Assembly: GCA_041739675.1 (NCBI GenBank)
Contig: JBGSNL010000001.1
Location: 1-13,860 of the forward strand
DNA length: 13,860 nucleotides
Origin: a bacterium
GTDB lineage: Bacteria > UBA10199 > 2-02-FULL-44-16 > DYJF01
Direction: 5' to 3'
Made by a program: the position numbers and the translations under genes. Under the pieces are notes generated by a model that saw nothing but the letters and a program-made list of their open reading frames with translations, was not told where the DNA came from and did not search any database. Shown here piece after piece: positions 13,305-13,860 of the stretch; the first letter of the stretch is position 1; every line of letters starts with the position of its first letter.

Positions 13305-13661
13305 TCATTTTTTGTATGACCTGAAAGCATCCCACGCCTCTTTTCCGCACTCGCCGATAGAGAAAAGACAAGGTGTGCAAGTGCCTGAGGTGATGAAGTC
13401 GATTGTGCAGCTCACTTTCTCGCCGGCGGTCATCTTGCCCGATGCCTTGTTGTCTTTGAGCTCAACGTTTTGTCCGCCCACCATCCCGGCAAATGTGAAG
13501 TGAACTTTTCCCTCGCTGTCAGTTTCGGTTGCCGTACAGACACCTCCGATTTTTTCATACGTGCACGGTCCGCCCACAAGGGTGCCTTTCTGGGCCGCGT
13601 TGGAGCCGCATGAAATCGACGGCAACATAAACGCAATTATTACGATGATCATCCGCAGCAT
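13305..13661 (-). CDS. Small Cys-rich putative lipoprotein/secreted protein of unknown function
   Basis: Strong SD AAAGGAGGT (13666-13674). Hydrophobic N-terminus ending in imperfect lipobox S-I-S-C18. Six more Cys in the mature part. Confidence 0.7.
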   Translation of the reverse strand: MLRMIIVIIAFMLPSISCGSNAAQKGTLVGGPCTYEKIGGVCTATETDSEGKVHFTFAGMVGGQNVELKDNKASGKMTAGEKVSCTIDFITSGTCTPCLFSIGECGKEAWDAFRSYKK

Positions 13662-13800
13662 AGATACCTCCTTTATTGCCTTGTAATCTTAAGAATCTAA
13701 GGGTTGAAATCTCCCGTCGAAAGTGGCATGTATGTCACCTAAAATTAAAGAAAGCTCAAGATGGAAAATATAGGATGAAACTTTAACAAAGGGGGTACCA

Positions 13801-13860
13801 ATGAAGAAGATGTGGATTTTCGCGGTTGTGCTGGTTGCAGGGTTGGTCGCTGTTTCGATT
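13801..13860 (+). CDS. Secreted protein, N-terminal fragment (3'-truncated by window edge)
   Basis: SD-like AAAGGGGGT then ATG. MKKMWIFAVVLVAGLVAVSI is a basic-plus-hydrophobic signal peptide, and the frame is open to the edge. Confidence 0.65.
   Translation, partial: MKKMWIFAVVLVAGLVAVSI

Overview
Core-genome window from a diderm (Gram-negative) bacterium. Gene content and protein style suggest a deltaproteobacteria-like lineage (inference only). After the 3' part of an ETF alpha-subunit gene (+), nearly all genes lie on the - strand. In transcription order these are: Cys-rich putative lipoprotein, initiator tRNA-fMet with terminator, HAD phosphatase coupled to larE, skp/ompH, a Trm112(YcaR)-FHA fusion, yicC, gmk, rel, yraN, long-chain acyl-CoA ligase, DUF4870-like and DUF2752 membrane proteins, SCP2 protein, glutamine-dependent nadE and rsmI. 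rpmB (L28) sits antisense between rel and yraN, and a secreted-protein gene starts at the right edge. No integrase, transposase, CRISPR array or defence system is visible. The most unusual element is the Trm112 zinc-ribbon domain fused to an FHA domain whose ligand-binding loop carries a ~55-aa insert with a candidate phospho-Thr self-ligand. Other points of note are a probably leaderless rel with its own promoter and no rpoZ, a nested REP-like hairpin abutting the skp SD, an orphan Fe-S-type larE, and an initiator tRNA lacking the full 3GC anticodon stem.
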